From an uncultured beta proteobacterium (lineage in GTDB: Bacteria; Pseudomonadota; Gammaproteobacteria; Burkholderiales; SG8-39), in assembly GCA_963735025.1 (NCBI GenBank), contig CAVTJG010000009.1:2052499-2116498 (forward strand): a stretch of DNA of 64,000 bases, in the 5' to 3' direction. Of the stretch, positions 59,380-64,000 are shown in pieces; position 1 is the first letter of the stretch, and every line of letters begins with the position of its first letter. Below the pieces are notes generated by a model that worked only from the letters and a program-made list of their open reading frames with translations, was not told the origin of the DNA and did no database searches. The translations under genes were made by a program, and so were the position numbers.

Positions 59380-60931
59380 ATGAACGACAAATTGATCATC
59401 TTCGATACGACGCTTCGCGACGGCGAACAGAGCCCCGGCGCGTCGATGACCCGCGAGGAGAAGATCCGCATCGCGCGGCAGCTCGAGCGCCTGCGCGTGG
59501 ACGTGATCGAAGCGGGCTTTCCGGCCGCGTCAAACGGGGACTTCGAGGCCGTACGCGCCATCGCCGACGGCATCAAGGACAGCATCGTGGCGGGTCTCTG
59601 CCGCGCGAACGATCGCGACATCTCGCGCGGCGTCGACGCGCTGAAGGGGGCCAACGCACCGCGCGTTCACACCTTCATCGCGACCAGCGCGCTGCACATG
59701 GAGAAGAAGCTCCGCATGACGCCCGAACAGGTCCTCGAGCAGGCGCGGCTCGCGGTGCGCTTCGCGCGCAAGCATTGCGACGACGTGGAATTCTCCCCCG
59801 AGGATGCGAGTCGTTCCGATCCCGACTTTCTCTGCCGCGTGCTCGAGGCGGCGATCGCGGAGGGCGCCCGGACGATCAATATCGCCGACACGGTGGGTTA
59901 TGCCATTCCGCAGCAGTTCGGAGAGTTCATTCGCGCGCTACGCGAGCGGATCCCGAACTCGGACAAGGCGGTCTGGTCGGTGCACTGTCACAACGACCTT
60001 GGCATGGCGGTCGCGAACTCACTCGCGGGCGTGATGATCGGCGGGGCACGCCAGATCGAGTGCACCGTGAACGGCCTGGGCGAACGCGCGGGAAACACGT
60101 CGCTCGAGGAAGTCGTGATGGCGGTGCGACACGCGGCGCGATTTCTTCGGCCTCGAAACCCGTATCGACACGGCGCAGATCGTCCCGGCCTCGCGACTCG
60201 TCTCCCAGATCACGGGCTTCGTCGTGCAGCCGAACAAGGCGATCGTCGGGGCGAATGCGTTCGCGCACGCCTCCGGGATTCATCAGGACGGCGTTCTCAA
60301 ATCCCGCCAGACCTACGAGATCATGCAGGCCGAAGACGTCGGCTGGACCACGAACAAGATCGTGCTCGGCAAGCTCTCGGGCCGGAATGCGTTCAGGCAG
60401 CGTCTCAAGGAGATCGGCATCGAGCTCGAATCGGAGGAGGCCGTGAACGTCGCGTTCCAGCGGTTCAAGGATCTCGCGGACAAGAAGGCGGACATCTTCG
60501 ACGAGGATCTCCATGCCCTGGTCTCCGACGAGGCAGTCACCGCAGAGATGGAGCACTGGCGCCTGGTGCACTTGACCCAGTCGAGCGGCATGGGCGAGCA
60601 ACCGCGCTCGACGGTCGTGCTCGGCGAGGGCGGTGCGGAGCGCAAGGCGGACTCACCGGGGGACGGGCCGGTCGACGCTACGTTCAAGGCCATCGAGACG
60701 ATCGCCAAGAGCGGTTCGGATCTTCTGCTCTTTTCGGTGAACGCCGTCACTCAGGGCACGGAGTCGCAAGGGGAGGTGACAGTGCGGCTCGCGAAAGGCG
60801 GTCGCATCGTGAACGGTGTTGGCGCCGACACGGACATTGTCGTCGCCTCCGCCAAGGCGTACGTGAATGCGTTGAACAAGCTGCGGAGTAGCGTGGAGCG
60901 CGTGAATCCCCAGCATCAGATGACGCCTTGA
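59380..60931 (+). CDS. leuA: 2-isopropylmalate synthase with apparent +1 frameshift near 60130
   Basis: [22 protein letters not shown] in frame 1; [17 protein letters not shown] and the regulatory domain in the next frame. Removing one base gives [16 protein letters not shown]. Confidence 0.93.
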
Positions 60932-60941
60932 CGGATAGTTC

Positions 60942-61313
60942 GTGCCCAACTTTGCGCGCGACATTGCACCGGACATCTTCCGGCAGCGCCTGCTGATCGA
61001 GGGCTACTACTCGAATGATGTCGCGCGTAGCGTAGTTGCGGCGTTCCTGACAGGTCTGGCTGCCGAGCTCGGTCTGCGTGCCTATGCAGAACCGGTCATC
61101 TATTCGCCGGAAGGGCAGGGTAGCGCTGAGAATCAGGGCTTCGACGCTTTTCTGCCGCTCATCGATTCGGGAATCGCCGCCTACTTCTGGACAGGCCGGC
61201 GGTTCTTCTCGATCGTGCTCTATACCTGCAGGGCGTTCGACGAGGACACGGCCGTCCGATTCACGCGCCAGTTCCTGGATGTGAAAGAAATGCCGGTCGT
61301 CCTCTCGTTTTGA
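60942..61313 (+). CDS. S-adenosylmethionine decarboxylase-like small protein
   Basis: PLIDSGI and LYTC resemble the ESH and YTC motifs of class I AdoMetDC. Confidence 0.55.
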   Translation: MPNFARDIAPDIFRQRLLIEGYYSNDVARSVVAAFLTGLAAELGLRAYAEPVIYSPEGQGSAENQGFDAFLPLIDSGIAAYFWTGRRFFSIVLYTCRAFDEDTAVRFTRQFLDVKEMPVVLSF

Positions 61314-61452
61314 ATGGCCACTGGCCCGAGAGGCGCCGGTGCTCTGTATGCGCCCCCAATGTGCCAGCTCAAAACGCGCCGCTCTTCTCAGCTCACGCAG
61401 GGCGCAGCGTTCCCTCGGGCAGACTCGCCCCGAATGGCGATCCTTGCGCGTT

Positions 61453-61791
61453 CTAGTTGTGCGTGACCGCGAGACGCGCGTATGTGACCGCGGACGCGAA
61501 GAAAATCACCGCGAGTATCGCCTCCGCCATCGCAAGGCCTGCCGAGAGACCATGGTCGCTCCAGGCCCGGACGCAGCCTTCCACGAGATACGCAAGAATG
61601 AACATGGAGGCCCATTGGTATGTGCGCCGATTTCCGGCCAGCACGCCGCGCAGCGGCAGAAGCAGCGGCAGCGCCTTGAGCATCAGCCATGATCCGCCCG
61701 GCCTGAGCGGCGCGAGCCAGATCTCCCAGGCGAGACAGAGGGCAATCAATGCAAGCAGGCTGCACACTGCCCCCCAGTAACTCGCTCTCAC
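61453..61791 (-). CDS. DUF2069-like membrane protein
   Basis: WEIWLAPLRPGGSWL, KALPL, YQW; usual neighbour of wrbA. Confidence 0.8.
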   Translation of the reverse strand: MRASYWGAVCSLLALIALCLAWEIWLAPLRPGGSWLMLKALPLLLPLRGVLAGNRRTYQWASMFILAYLVEGCVRAWSDHGLSAGLAMAEAILAVIFFASAVTYARLAVTHN

Positions 61792-61797
61792 GATTCT

Positions 61798-64000
<2,203 letters not shown>

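Overview
High-GC bacterial chromosomal segment. The right third (valS-holC-pepA-lptFG-RDD-DUF3106-DUF3619-ECF sigma-ilvIHC-psd-pssA-leuA-wrbA) has a betaproteobacterial-type housekeeping gene order (inference from synteny). The left ~43 kb is a sulfur-oxidation region. It contains the aprB 3' end and aprA (APS reductase), an accessory tail (hypothetical, FKBP PPIase, a 54-aa ORF missed by the track, and a CbbQ/NorQ-CbbO/NorD chaperone pair with no Rubisco or Nor genes in the window), soeABC, tusA and a complete sHdr cluster (C1-B1-A-H-C2-B2). These are followed by two lipoate-binding proteins, DsrE proteins and the lipS1-slpl(AB)-lipT-lipS2 lipoate assembly pathway, plus a FadL-like porin and a second ligase-like gene. 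Between apr and soe lie a secreted amidohydrolase/YtkA-like/MauG-type diheme trio, a tripartite tricarboxylate transporter with an enolase-family enzyme and a PHP-type hydrolase, and several single genes. Four genes (cbbO-like, dsrE2, fadL-like, leuA) each carry an apparent single-base insertion, most simply explained as assembly errors. I found no rRNA, tRNA, CRISPR array or transposase. All family assignments come from motif recognition by eye; no database searches were run.
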